A stretch of DNA of 64,000 nucleotides from the NCBI GenBank assembly GCA_047967505.1, contig CM106538.1; one strand, written 5' to 3'. The position numbers and the translations under genes were made by a program. The DNA is from Dipteris shenzhenensis. Its lineage: Eukaryota. This document shows positions 12,601 to 25,299 of the stretch, piece by piece (position 1 is the stretch's first letter; each line of letters begins with the position of its first letter). Under the pieces are notes generated by a model that searched no databases, was not told the origin of the DNA, and saw nothing but the letters and a program-made list of their open reading frames with translations.

Positions 12601-15050
12601 TGGGTGATGAGCTTGGGCATTCCCCTTTTGACACTTGAGCCTCTAGGTCCAACAAATATGTCTTGGGGACGTTACAGCCTTGGTGTGAATTTGGAGGGTG
12701 GAGCGTTCTTGCGTTGAAGTCAGCTCACTGTCAAAAGGGATGATTTGGGCGAGGGATCTATAAGTTTGGAACACGGCCTTGGGTGCCATCTTTTTCTACC
12801 TTGTCTCTCAGGTGCTACATGTTTTGATACTATTGAGGCTTGTCCCTTGCTATAGTGGTGGTGTGTTGAGTTAGAGCAACTAGTTTACACATGGTAGGGC
12901 TCAAACCTTGTGATGTGTTGTCTGGGTCGTTTGCACCTTGGCATCATAGAAGCTTGAAAGCATGCTTGTTGCAGATTTGGGTATTTTGCAACAATTGTTG
13001 GATTTGGTAAAGTTTGACCCTTTGTGATTGATATTTTGCGAGCTCCTCTCGGAGTGATCGTGCTTGGCTATCAATGCATCTATCTTTGCTTACTTGGTCC
13101 TCTTCAACTAGTTGATCTTCTTGTGCTAGGACTTGTAGTGTGATCGGAGGCGATGTGCTTCCTCCTCATCATTCTTTGATTCTATCTCCTACTAAGTGCA
13201 TAGTTGAGCATGTGTGGCCCATAGAGCATTGTTTCACATCTTTTGCTCAGTCTCCTCCTAGGTGCATAGTTCCAACGTGTGTGGCTCTTAGGACACCATG
13301 CTCCCCTTGGAGCCTATGGACTTCTCTTGCAAGTTCTGTGGGAGCATGAACTTGAGCTCAATATTCTATGCTTTAGAGTCATCCTTCCCTTAGCCGTCTT
13401 TTGTTTCATTGTGAACCAACACCTCGGGTGACACCTAGTGTTCCATAATTACTAGAGGGTCTTGGCACACTTTGCCCCTTCTTGGCTAAGTGTGTTCCAC
13501 ACCTTTTTTATTTGGTTATGGCTTAGGCTCTCTGTCTTGAAACAAAAAAGATTATGGATGTCAATCCTCATCCTAAGATTGTTATTCTTGGGTCGCTTTG
13601 CACGTTGTTGATCTTGGGCCAAGCCTATTTGTTAGTGCCGTGTCTTGGTCTGTATCCATTAGAGGTGGTGGTGGATCATGGGGAAGAACAGGAACTACAG
13701 TGGAGAGAGCAATTTTGTTGTCAGGTCACTTCTAATGCTTTGGAGAGTAATGGTTGGCCCTTATTTGACTAGTCATCACATTGTTCTTCATGTTCCTTGA
13801 AATCTTTCAAGGTAATAAACATTTTGGGCTTGTTGGGGTTAACTCGCTCGTTGGAAATTTTCTTTTTCTTAGGCTCCATCCCTTTGGGTTCTCCCTTGGG
13901 CCTCTCAAATTTTGTCGCCTCATTATCTGTGGGATTTTTTTGCTGCACTTCCAGTGGTGTTAGGTGATGGCTTGCATGACTTGAACCAAATGTGTGCCCT
14001 TTCCTTTGTTGTCTTGTTAATTGGTGGAAACACTTGGTGGCTCGGCCCTTCTAGTTCTGCCACATTGAATTGCTCAACCCATGGAATTTATGTAAACCAA
14101 TGGAGCTCATTTCATTTCAACATATAGTGGCTCATAGGAGTCTAGTCGATAGGGTGTGGAAGAATAATACATGAGGGCAATTTTGGGTGCACTTTTTGAG
14201 AGGCATGAAGATATCAGAGGACAAGAACATGGTGTTGGAAGAAAAAAACGATGATGAATCTCTATGGGTGTTTGAGATGGAGAACTATGATGAAGCTTCA
14301 TGCAACTAATAGAGGAATGTAGTACACAAAAGAAGATAAATGGAGTATCAAAGGATCACAAAGCAATGGGCATGAAAGAAATAGTTTTCATGCATGCAAT
14401 CTCAACTTTTGTGACACTCAATGCCATCACTTTGGGTGCTTTCTGTGATGGCACTCGCTTAATTAGCTTCTTGAATTTTGCATGATGTCATGAGGTGGCC
14501 CTGTGTTCTTTGTCCATTGCATGGGTGGGTACACTTTTGTATGCCATAATTGGCCGAATTGAAGGGTTGTTTCTCAAAAAGATTTTACCTTTTTCTATTA
14601 AGCTACTCAATAATGATGTGCCCTTGTAGATATGCTAGCCATTCTGCAATGGGAAACGCTCGCGAAACCTGCAAATCCTTGAAAAACACAGCAACACTTT
14701 TCGAAAATATGCACAAACTCTCAAAACTCACAAACGAAAGAGACAGAACAAGCGTGCTGGGTACAATCTCCCCCCATAGGAGTGGTGCTCTCCTTCCACC
14801 TCCTATGTATTTATGTATATTCCTCCAAAAAGCTTACAAGTAAAAATCATGCAAAGCCTTTGTGCTTTCCTCCATGCACCCTTTTACAAAAAGCCCATCC
14901 ACCTTCTAGAATAGCTGGCTTTTTCTAAAAATAAGGCTTTTCTAACTTTAGTTTATACACTTAGCCAAGCTACTAATATTCCAAATTTCAAATATGTACC
15001 TAAGCTTTTGTAATATCAAAAATTAGGCATAAGCCTTATCCATCCCCGCA
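9700..15050 (-). mobile_element. Heavily decayed Ty3/Gypsy-like LTR retrotransposon remains (probably more than one element; boundaries approximate)
   Basis: Minus-strand gag-like relic FCGKMDENPYDYL at about 10850-10890. LTR-like segment gagcatgcaatggaa..gagagagag..tatggg at 10924 recurs at about 20195. CpG-depleted, many stops. Confidence 0.45.
10934..11355. repeat. Near-perfect tandem duplication, ~211-bp unit x2
   Basis: tggaatgatgagagagagggagtatgggg...gcatggcccccttcatcat starts at 10934 and again at 11145. Confidence 0.9.
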
Positions 15051-15116
15051 TCACTAGAGTTGCACCTACGAACCCAAAATATGGTGGATCATGCTTGCTA
15101 GATGCCATCGCCTGAT

Positions 15117-15333
15117 CAATTACTCTTCCCTTGGATTCACACGATCAATAGTAATGAAATATTTCAAGCATAAGATAACCTTGGAATTAATCACCACAAT
15201 CAATCAACCTTTCAATATTATAGCAATTACTCTTCCCTTGGATTCACACGATCAATAGTAATGAAATATTTCAAGCATAAGATAACCTTGGAATTAATCA
15301 CCACAATCAATCAACCTTTCAGTATTATAGCAA
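15117..15333. repeat. Tandem duplication, 107-bp unit x2
   Basis: caattactcttcccttggattcacacgatc... starts at 15117 and at 15224. Confidence 0.9.
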
Positions 15334-15449
15334 CGCGAAATTAATAAATCACATATGAATGGTGCACACATGCGACACATACCATCTCATGGCGCACCTG
15401 ATGCTACACATGAATAAAGTCATACGGATGGTGCACACATGCTACACAT

Positions 15450-16246
15450 ACCGTCTCCCGGTCTAACACGATTACTTTTGGAAGGCCATGGTGTATAAAG
15501 ATGTGCTTGATGAACAAATGAACAGCCTGAACTACGGTTAAGGTCTTCTTACAAGGAATAAAGTAAGCTTGCTTGCTAAATCTATCAATGATAGTCCAAA
15601 TCATATCAAAACCTGAGCTAGTCATAGGAAATCTAGTAATAAAGTCCATAGAAATCTGCTCCCATGGGCCATCAGGAATTGGTAAAGGCATAAGTAAACC
15701 TTGATATTTGCCCTTGTAGCTCTTGACTTTTTGACAAATAAGACATTGTGCAACAAAAGTTGCAACATCAACTTTAAGCTTAGGCCAGAAAAAATCTTGA
15801 ATTACAGTCTGATACGTAGCAGCGATGCCTCTATGTCCCATGTAGTGTGGCTGATGTACCTCTTCTAGTATCAAGCGTCGGAATGGTACAGTGACACACA
15901 AGCGCTTTTCGTAGAATAGATAGTTATTATGAATGGCATACGAGGCCATAGGGGTGCTATTAGCTTGCTTAATCTTATGCCAGATTTTTAAAAAGTCTAG
16001 ATCAGTAGGATAGTCTGCCTTCATAGGCTCGAAAGGGTCTCCCTCGATGACTGAGATATTATTTATGCTAGGTCGATGGCTTAATGCATCGGCAACTATA
16101 TTATCTTTGCCTGGTTGATATTGGATCATCGGTTTTAAACTGTCAATAAAGGCAACCCATTTAATGTGCCGATCTGAGATCACCGACTGAGTAAGGAGAT
16201 GTCTAAGACTCTGGTGATCAGTCTTAATGAGTAACTCGGAACCCAT
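15450..16246 (-). pseudogene. Ty3/Gypsy pol fragment: end of RNase H, integrase zinc-binding domain and start of the integrase core
   Basis: ORF 15404..16246 contains KTDHQSLRHLL, YQPGKDNIVADALS, HQPHYMGHRG, CLICQK, GPWEQISMDFI, IIDRFSKQAYFIPC and HGLPKVIVLDR, then truncates. Confidence 0.92.
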
Positions 16247-17061
16247 AGCTCAGCCTTCAATCTTTAGCAAGATCGATCTTAAGTCAGAATATCATCAAGT
16301 GAGAGTGATCGAGCCCAATATTTTCAAGATTGCTTTTAGAACCCAAACTGGTCACTATGAATTTCTTGTTATGCCTTTTGGATTGACCAATGCACCTACC
16401 ACATTTAGTCGGATAATGAATCGTATCTTCCTACCCTATCAAGACTTTGTGGTAACTTTTTTTAATGATATCATGATTTATAGCAAGATTCGGGAGGCAC
16501 ATGAGAAACACTTGGATCTTGTTTTCTCTCTCTTATGTGAGAACCAACTGTATGCCAACCCGGAGAAATGTTCTTTTTTCCAGCTTGAAATTGAATATCT
16601 TGGACACATTGTTTCAGCTGAAGGCATTTGAGTAGATCCCAAGAAGGTAGAAGTGATAGTAAACTGGCCACAGCCTAAAGATATCCATGAGTTACGATCT
16701 TTTCTAGGTCTGTGTAGTTTTTATCGTAGATTTGTTAGAAATTTTGCACACAAGGCACATCCATTGACTGAACTACTGTGTAAGACGTGCTTTCTCTTGG
16801 GGTGAGCAGCACACTTTAGCTTTTCAACAACTTAAGGGTGCAATGATGCACACACCAGTTTTGACCATACCGGACTTTACAAGACCCTTCTTTGTCATGG
16901 TTACTGATGCTAGTAGACAGGGTTTTGGGGCTGTGCTCATGCAAGATAACCATCTAATTGCATTCAAGTCACATAAATTAAAACTAGCAGAGCTAAACTA
17001 TTCCACGTATGATAAAGAATTAGCCACTGTGGTGCATGCCCTTAAACTCTGGAAACACTAT
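16247..17061 (+). pseudogene. Ty3/Gypsy pol fragment: reverse transcriptase and RNase H, inverted relative to its integrase
   Basis: [60 protein letters not shown] and YDKELATVVHALKLWKHY. Confidence 0.92.
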
Positions 17062-17499
17062 TGTGGCATGGAGTGAAATCCACGAGCCTCTGGCCAACCA
17101 TACACAATTGGAGGGGAAATGGCTTCAAATTTTTGAGTTTTAACCTTTTTACCATGGTCTCAAAAAAGATATTGTCTCCTGATCCCCCATCCACTAGGAC
17201 CCCTTGTATGTGTTTATTTTTATTATGATGATGGGCACTACCTCATCCACCACCGGGATGTCAATTAGTGGGATGGTGTGACAGCAAGTCGATCACTAGC
17301 TTTTACTAGCTTTGCGCAAATTGTTGTTTGAAGAAATCATGGGTATGGGGCCCTTTAGAATAGCCCTTGTACTATTAGGTTAATATTTAGAATTTTGAAT
17401 GATTCCCAAGCATTGGTGTCTTCTTTTCTTGTCTCTTCACCTTGGCCTGGTTTGGGGTGGGTCGCCATTTTTATGATGCCTCTATTTGTTTCTTTTCTT

Positions 17500-20290
17500 A
17501 GAGTTGCAGTCATTCAAGGTTGTGATAGACTTGGTGTTCTGTTGCTAAGGCCTTCCCTTTAAATTCTCTTGTTGTTTGGGGAGCTTCTTTGCTTGTTAGT
17601 AGTCCTTTGGATTGAGTTGCTACATTGACCCCTATTAACTCGGGCACTTATGTCAGAATCTCTCTGCATTGTACATCCATGTCAACTTCCCTTCCTTTTG
17701 CGTTGCTATGTGACATGGTTTAATATGCTCCTACCATAACTTGCAATCAGCCTTCACATGGCCATTTTCTTCAAAAAAATAGCACTAAATCTTGTCTCAA
17801 TTGTCTTAGCATGACCCTTTATCTCCTTGGCCTCTTGATTTGTACCCTCAAGCACCCATTAGTTTGTGGTTTTCAGTCATCTTTTGTCTTTGCCTCTCGT
17901 GTGATAGGGATAACATTGACCATCTGTTGCTTGCTATACTAAGATTCAGAGCAATTGTGGTTGTGCTTAGCACAAGAATCATAATACTTCATGTGGAATT
18001 CTTCCTTAGTGTGTCTGTGGCTCGAGAATTTGTCACACCACTTCTCACTTGCATTGGTCTTCTTTGGATTAGGTGCTTAGCACAAGAATCATAATATTTG
18101 GTGTGGAATTTTCCTTGGTGTTTTCGTGGCATGAGAATTTGTCACACCACTTCTCACTTGCATTGGGTCTTCCTTGGATGCCTAACTCTTAAAGAACCTT
18201 CTTTAGTTGCTCTACCATTGCTTCCCTTTTCTTTAGACTTGAGTGTTGAGTGTCTTACTTTTATCTCTTCTCCACGTTCTTCTTTTTTTTGAATTTGGTC
18301 AATTTGCTTTTTTCCAAAGCAATGTCTTAGTTGAGGAGTTTCTTGTAGTTCTTGATGGGGTTCACTATCTCCACCAATGAATGGAGACCCATGTGGGTAC
18401 CAATGAACAACTGAGTGCACCATGGTCTTGTCCTTTAATAGGGTGCTCAACTAGTTGGTCTCGGCCCTTATGCATAAGACAAAGACTTGCATTGCCTCTC
18501 CTTTCTTTTGTTTCAAGTCATTGAGCTTGGTACGGACATCTTCCTCAATTGGATTTTCATCAAAATCAACTTAGAAATGCTTCGAACATATGGTGCCAAT
18601 CCAAAAAATTTCCAATCAAAGATTGGACAAACCATCGCTTCGTAGTCCTTACCAAGGTGCACAAGAAGTAACTACATATCTATCCTTGGTTGTCACTTCA
18701 CTATACAGATTTTCCTCTCTCGCTCCTTTGAAGTCTTGGAAGTCCATCTTAATGGGTCGAGAAGATCGTGAATAAGGTTTTCCACCTTTGGGATCCTTGG
18801 GTAGGTTTTTTGGTGTGCTTTTTCCAACTCCTTGCACTTTGGTCTCCTGGGAGTTTCTCTCTAATTGCTAGGTAGGCTCATGGATTGAGGCCTCTCTCAA
18901 CTAGGACATCTTGAATTTCTTGGTCTTTGATTTGTAGCTTGCCTTTGCTTGGGGATATGCCTTGCCTCTGGTCACATGTGCCTGCGCTCGCCATTGTGTG
19001 CATCCCTCAACCTTGGGCTTTGCCTACTTACCTTCAATCTAGTGTGTCACTCTTGGTTGAAGATGCATAGTGACTCAAGGCTCTTTCTTGTTTCCTCCAG
19101 TCTAGTATGTTAGTCACACCATTAAACACACATCTAGACTTGCATTTTTTGTCCTTTAGTCTAGCTTTTCACTCATGATCTGAGGCACATCTAGCTCAAT
19201 TGCTGCATGTATTGATTTTTGGCTCCTTTTGTCTTCTGTTCTTTCATGCCGTTCAGGGCTGAAAACTTGCTCTTGGATTATCTTCTATGGCTTGCTATTT
19301 TCTATCAGGGTTTGGCTTACTTTGAAGCTAGATACTGATTGGGTTGTTTGATGGCCTCTCTTGTGGCTTGGCTCATACACAAGCTCATGGTCCAAATAGT
19401 TCCTAATTGAAGACAAGTACTCAAGATCTTCACCCCATAGTAGTCTTGGGGCCTCTCTTGGCTCGAGCTCCTTGGCCCGTCTTAGTTGAATAATAATTAT
19501 TATCTCACTTTGGGTCTTGTCATAGTAGTCAAATGACTCTTTGTTCTCAAGGTCGGGTCTTCTTACACCTCTTTCTATTTGTGGTTAGGGGCCACTTGCT
19601 TCTCCCGTTCTCGACCTATGGCTATCCATGCTAGGTTCTGAGTCATCCCTACATTTGGATTGATCTAATCCTGCCAAATTTTGCCTTGATAAAGGTGTTC
19701 TTCTTGCCTGGGCCATGTACCTTTGTCTATGCTCAAATCGCATCTCAAACTTTTTCCAAGAGTTCTAGTATTCAGTCATGATGGCTTGTGTGAGCTCTTT
19801 TGTCCAGATACATGTAGATACACAATTGTTGAGGAGCTATAAGTCTTCTCTTGGAACTCTCAACAACCGATGGTAATACTAAATCAGTCCAAACATTGTT
19901 GCAACTCATTCTCTGTTAGCATGAACTGTCCTCTTAGTGGCTATTCTCTCTTGTGGCTAGGGTCTTCTAACACTCATTCCAAACAAATCTTTCAATTGTT
20001 TACAATAGATTCCATCATGATCACCAAATGTCGGTGGCCTTTTTCCCTCACCCCTTGTTTGATCAACACTCTTGCAATTCTAGCAGATAGCCTACGTTAT
20101 GGTACTAATTGTGTGTTGGGTGGTGAACGAAAATCGAGCATCCTAGATAAGTATTGCTACAATGTGGCAAGAATCGTATGGAGATGAGTGGAGTGAGCAT
20201 GCAATGGAACCATGAGAGAGAGATTATGGGGAAAGGTAGTCTGGTTTTCAGACTAGAAGCCCGTTTACAATCATCCATGTTGATGGGTGT
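17500..20290 (-). mobile_element. Decayed Gypsy-like element: gag relic, PBS-like site and start of 5' LTR (boundaries approximate)
   Basis: Minus-strand retrotransposon-gag-like segment FDENPIEEDVRTKLNDLKQKKGEAMQVF at about 18480-18570. Degenerate PBS-like motif near 20090-20110 next to LTR-like sequence. Internal ~110-bp tandem duplication at about 17963-18180. Confidence 0.5.
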
Positions 20291-20299
20291 GATTTTTTG

Positions 20300-21780
20300 G
20301 TGATCTTTTTATCATGATATTTTTTTCAATTTTCATGAATGATGTAGCATGCCTGTGTCCCTTTTGCTGCTGGATGTATGGGACCCACATAGTCAATCCC
20401 CCATTTTTCAAATGGTCTTTGTGCAACAACTATTGTTAGGGGATTGAAGTCTTTGTGTTGTGGTTTAGTAGTCCATTGGCATACATCACAGCCTTTTACA
20501 TATTCATAGGCATCTAGATGCCCACAGTGTTGGCCACTAGTAGCCTACGAGGAGAGCTTTTCTTGCCATGGCTTCCCCTTGGAAGTGTCCTCCTGCAATA
20601 CCTTCATGGACTTCACTCAAGATTGGCATGATATCATGAGGCATTACACATCTTCTTAATATCTGGTCCTGCCCATCTTATACAGTTATCCTATGTGAGT
20701 TGATAGGGTGCAGCCTTTAGAATCAATTTTCTAACATCTACTGCTTTCATTTCAGGGGGTGGTCTTCCTGTCATCAAGTACCCAATGATATCTCCACACC
20801 ACTCTGGAACAGCATCTATTTGAAATAGTGTGGCATCTGGTAAGTCGTCTTCTACTCCAGTGGCTTCTTCTCACGACTTGACATGAGACATGTGATCGGC
20901 AATGTAGTGTTGGGCACCTTTGCAGACCACCATTTTGAAGTTGAATTCTTGAAGCAAGAGGATCCATCTGGTCATTCTTCATGTTGTACACGGATGGGTC
21001 ACAAGATAAAGCAATGCTTGATGGTCGGTGTAGAAGACAAAATCATTTGCCAGTAGATAGTGTCGAAATTTCTTTACACTATGCACCATTGCTAGGGCTT
21101 CTCTTTCTGTGGTGGTATAGTTGATCTCTGCATCATTGAGTTGTTGACGGGCGAAGTAGAATGGGTATTCTTTCTTATGTTCACCAGGTTAACAAAGTAC
21201 ACTCCCAATTGCATACTTGGATCCATCAGTATGAACATGAAAATCAATATCCCAATCGGGAGATATAAGGATGGGAGCTGTGATTAGGCACCACTTTAAT
21301 AGCTCAAAGGCTTGGTCGCACTCTTCGGTCCATAAGAAATCCACTAATAATTTGTAAAGTGGTCTAGCTATCATGGCATACCACAATATAAATCTTCTAT
21401 AATAGCCGGCATGTCCCATAAAGACCTGTACACCTTTGGAAATTGTAGCAGGAGGCGATTCCATGATGATTTTGATTTTTTCCATATTAGTTGCAATCCC
21501 ATGTTAAGACGATGTGTCCCAAAACAACTCCATGGGTGACCATGAACTGGCATTTTGTTGGATTTAGGGAGATGCCATACTCCATGCATTTGATTAGTAT
21601 CGCTTCAAGACATTTGAAGTGGTCTTGTTTGTTGGAATGGATGCACAAATCATCCAAGAACACCTGTAAAAACTTATTCAAAAATGACTTGAAAGCTGTG
21701 AACATGACTCGCTGGAATGTGGCCGAGGCATTACAAAGGCCAAATGGCATGACTCTATATGCAAAAATACCACATTCTGT
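20300..21780 (-). pseudogene. Ty3/Gypsy pol fragment (RT, RNase H, start of integrase) of another element
   Basis: MPFGLCNASATFQRVM..FLDDLCIHS..VLGHIV (21487..21750) and VFMGHAGYYRRFI..FHVHTDGSKYAIGSVL (21189..21485). Frameshifted. Confidence 0.88.
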
Positions 21781-21782
21781 AG

Positions 21783-22760
21783 CAGATGTTTATCATTTCA
21801 AGAATAAGATAAGATACAAAGTGCTCAATCACTGGTACAACAAGTAGTTAACAACTCTAACACATAACACATAAAGTCATTTGCTTGATTCTTCTAGATT
21901 GATGCCAATTTGCTTGCTGGCTCACAAGAGTCGAGATTAGTGCAATGCACATACCATTTCTACATTTAGATGATAGACTTATGTGTGTAGTGCTTTTCTA
22001 TTACATTGGGAATGGCTAAAAAAATATGATCCCCATGTAAAAGAAAACATAAAACAACATTGGGTGTGATCAGATGGTGCTAGCTCTCAATTTAAACTAG
22101 TTCATGGATTCTATTTTGTCTCAACATTTAAATCCCTGACCGGGTCTAAACATGTTGTGGAATTTCTTTGGGTCTATCCATGGCAAGGGTGAACATGATA
22201 TATGTGGTGCTTTTATTAAAAGAAAGCTCTATTTAAACACCAATTAACATGCCATCAAGTAAAGCTCAATGATGCCCATGATGCTGTAACATGGACATTG
22301 CAGCAATGAAGAGATGGAGGCCAATTCAAGTGTTCCCTCTACATGAAGATGGATTGATGAACAAGGGAGAGGCAAAAAATGACTCACCCTAGCTTGGATG
22401 ACCTCACTAACTATCTAGGATACTAGAGGGATAAGTTGTTGCTATCTTTGAGCACAATGAGGAAGGTGATCCATACTCTGTGTTGCAATATAGTAAACCA
22501 AAGCACAAGGATCATTGGGGAACAACCTATGAGAAGTGGTATGTAGTCGTTGGAGCTATTTGGTACCAAAAAACATCCAAGAGAGGCCACAGTTACATTT
22601 TATTACATAAGAATCTGCAAACATTTGTCTACTCTCATCTAGTAAGAGCTATTAACTTCTAGTTGCAAGCTGTGCCTAAACGAAAGAAGGGAAAGAGTGT
22701 ATCCAAAATAGATTTAGAAGCACATCATGGGGTGTCTTGGAGTATAGAATGAGGATGACT
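21783..22760 (+). pseudogene. Decayed DDD transposase fragment (Sola2-like), catalytic core plus C-terminal domain; copy 2
   Basis: Shares DNA with 41900-42420 (catttcaagaataagat.agatacaaagtgctca; caacattgggtgtg.tcagatggtgct; catggcaagggtgaacatgat). Continues to NEEGDPY..DHWGTTY..WYQK..SYILL..FVYSHLVRAINF. Confidence 0.7.
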
Positions 22761-22844
22761 AGGACAATACAAAGAAAATGTATTCTTATTGTAAGGAAAA
22801 TGTATTTCACTTATCTTGGAAAATGGAAAATGTATTTACAGTCA

Positions 22845-23150
22845 GCTTGTACAACCACTCGCTTATTTTACTTAATCCCAAACAACCACCGTGCTTGTTT
22901 TTGTAAATCCCAAACAATAAATCCCAAATAACCCCGTGCTCATCTTTCATAAATCCCAAACAACCACTACGGTTGTTTAAAAATCTGAAACAACCCCTAG
23001 TAATCCCAAACATGGGTAAATGTAAATCCCAAATAGTATACTAATTCGAAACATCCGTTTCCTTGTTTTAGTAAATCCCAAACAACGCTATGCTTGTTTT
23101 TAATAAATTCCAATTAGTAAATCCCAAACAATCCCTAGTAATCCCAAATG
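22845..23150. repeat. Degenerate tandem array with core aaatcccaaacaacc
   Basis: About 8 copies of (t/a)aatcccaaa(c/t)a at irregular 20-60 bp spacing, directly downstream of the transposase fragment. Confidence 0.7.
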
Positions 23151-23391
23151 AGAGAAAACCTATGGCATTTTTCTTTTACAACCATCGGGCTAGTGATTGC
23201 AAATCTTAAATAAATGAATTGTATGCTAGTTTCACATCACACCAATGACTCATCATCCTCATCGCTACTATTATCTTTCAACCTTTCCTCAAGTGTTTTG
23301 ACTTGCAATGTAGGGCCATATCACTCACTGTAGTGGTTATTATGGACCATCCCATTGGCAATAACGTGTGTGTGGACCATCGCATTGGTAA

Positions 23392-23393
<2 letters not shown>

Positions 23394-23422
<29 letters not shown>
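23394..23422. repeat. (GT)n microsatellite
   Basis: About 14 GT units, read directly. Confidence 0.95.
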
Positions 23423-25299
23423 CACGTGCGATTGTTAGAACAATGATTGCACTTAGGGTGATCTAGTTCATAGACTTAGATTTTCAAGATCCACATTGCA
23501 GTACCATCCTTCAAATGGACTGATGTCTATTCCAAGTGGGTAGCTCTAAGAGACCATCTAATTCACAGGCTCAGACTTTGAAGATCGGCATTGCAGACTT
23601 GAGACCATCTAATTTGCAGGCTCATATTGTCAAGATCTACATTGCAGCTTGAAATGTCCTTGAAAAGGAATGATGTCTAGTCAAGTGGACCACTCTAAGA
23701 TTGTGGACGGTCCAAGTTCATTTGGATAATTAAAGCCACTAGTAAACACTGGCCCTGCATGGGAGCAGTCATTACCATCTAAATTCTCTACCTTAGATTA
23801 GCTTTCATAGGAATGTTATTAATAACGATTGTGAAGTCAAAACCATCTAATTCTCAGGCTCATATTAGTATTGAGCTAGAATTAGACTATAAGAATAATA
23901 GAAAATCATACTGTTATAATTTTAGAAAATTTAGTTATAATGCCTTTCAAAATGGTTACAATTTTCAATCTGCTAGCTTGCTTGCCATTGAATTATTATG
24001 ATCATGACTTTGATGACTGAGAGATTCTCACATGACAACCATCTAATCACACATCGTGGGGACTACACCAGTGGCTAGATGATGATGTATATGACTGCCT
24101 ATGCTAGGCTAGGCTACCAGGCAAGGTGGGTGTTGGATGGAATATTTAATTGGGACCCTGCATGTGCCACTGCTCTTCCCCCCTCATCCCAACAAGGTGT
24201 CATTTAAGGGGGGCTAGTATTAATATTGCCTGATCATAGAAAAATCTAGCAATGGATTGTGTGGTCATAGTTGTAAAAGGCGTAAAGAGGGGGAGGGTAG
24301 CAGTCCTCTAACCTAGCTATGTAAAGGACTTAAGGGGAGAGAAACAATTCATTGCACCCAGGAAAAGACCTCTCCTACCCTATTCCACACTCTCAAAGCC
24401 CCCTTCCACCCCTGTGATGAATCCTCTGCTACAACCCTGATGCCCCTTCCACATAATGTTGCCCCAGTCAGGGGATCCATTTTTTGCCTTGGCTCTACCT
24501 TTTGTAACACTCCACTTGCCATAGCCATGACCAGGGGAGTCACAAGATGGGGAGCCAAGGGAAACGATCTTAATGAGGGGCTTTTAAAAAAGGATGAATA
24601 GAATTGGTGCTATGTTTGGAGACCGCCATGAAGAGGCTCCTAGCAGAGCACACAAGGCACCAGGTTCCCTTCTTCTAGTTCTCCTGTAAACCCTTCATTC
24701 CTAACATTTCAAAAGAGAATGGTTGAGCCAAGACACTAGGTGGCCTTTCCATTTTCCTCTTCACCCAAAAGGTGAGAGAAGATGTCGGGCATCTCTCATA
24801 CCATCATGATTCCAGTTTTGAGACAATTGATCAAGGTTTTTCCAGGTTTGGGTAGATTTCAAGAAGATGTTGGAATGCTTAAAGCCAAGGCTTTTCTATT
24901 TCCTCAACTTTGGGACACTTTGGCCGAACAACTTTAGACAAAGCATCCTTCTATGGCCAAATTATTTTGGACAAAGTGTCCCAAAAGGTAAGGGAAATGG
25001 GACACTTACATTCTATTGTCAGTTGTTGAGAAAGCATCGAGAAAGTGTAAGAAAGTGCTAACAATGGCAAAAAGTGACATTAGGTCTTTTGACATGGAGG
25101 TGTTGAGTTGACAAGTGCTAAAAGAAGTTCCACAAAGATGTAATAAGTGATAACAAGTTCCTCTTTAGATGTAATATTTTATTCAACTTCAAATGTAATA
25201 TATTTTGTTTCAACTTTAATAAAATACTATTATAGTAAAAATTGTTAGTGTTGCTACTCCGGTATTGAAAGTGGTTATGAAGAAGCACAAATTCCCCTT

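Noticed and set aside
24010-25115. Possible solo LTR or LTR-internal fragment
   Set aside because: I could not identify matching TG...CA ends with a TSD, PBS or PPT.
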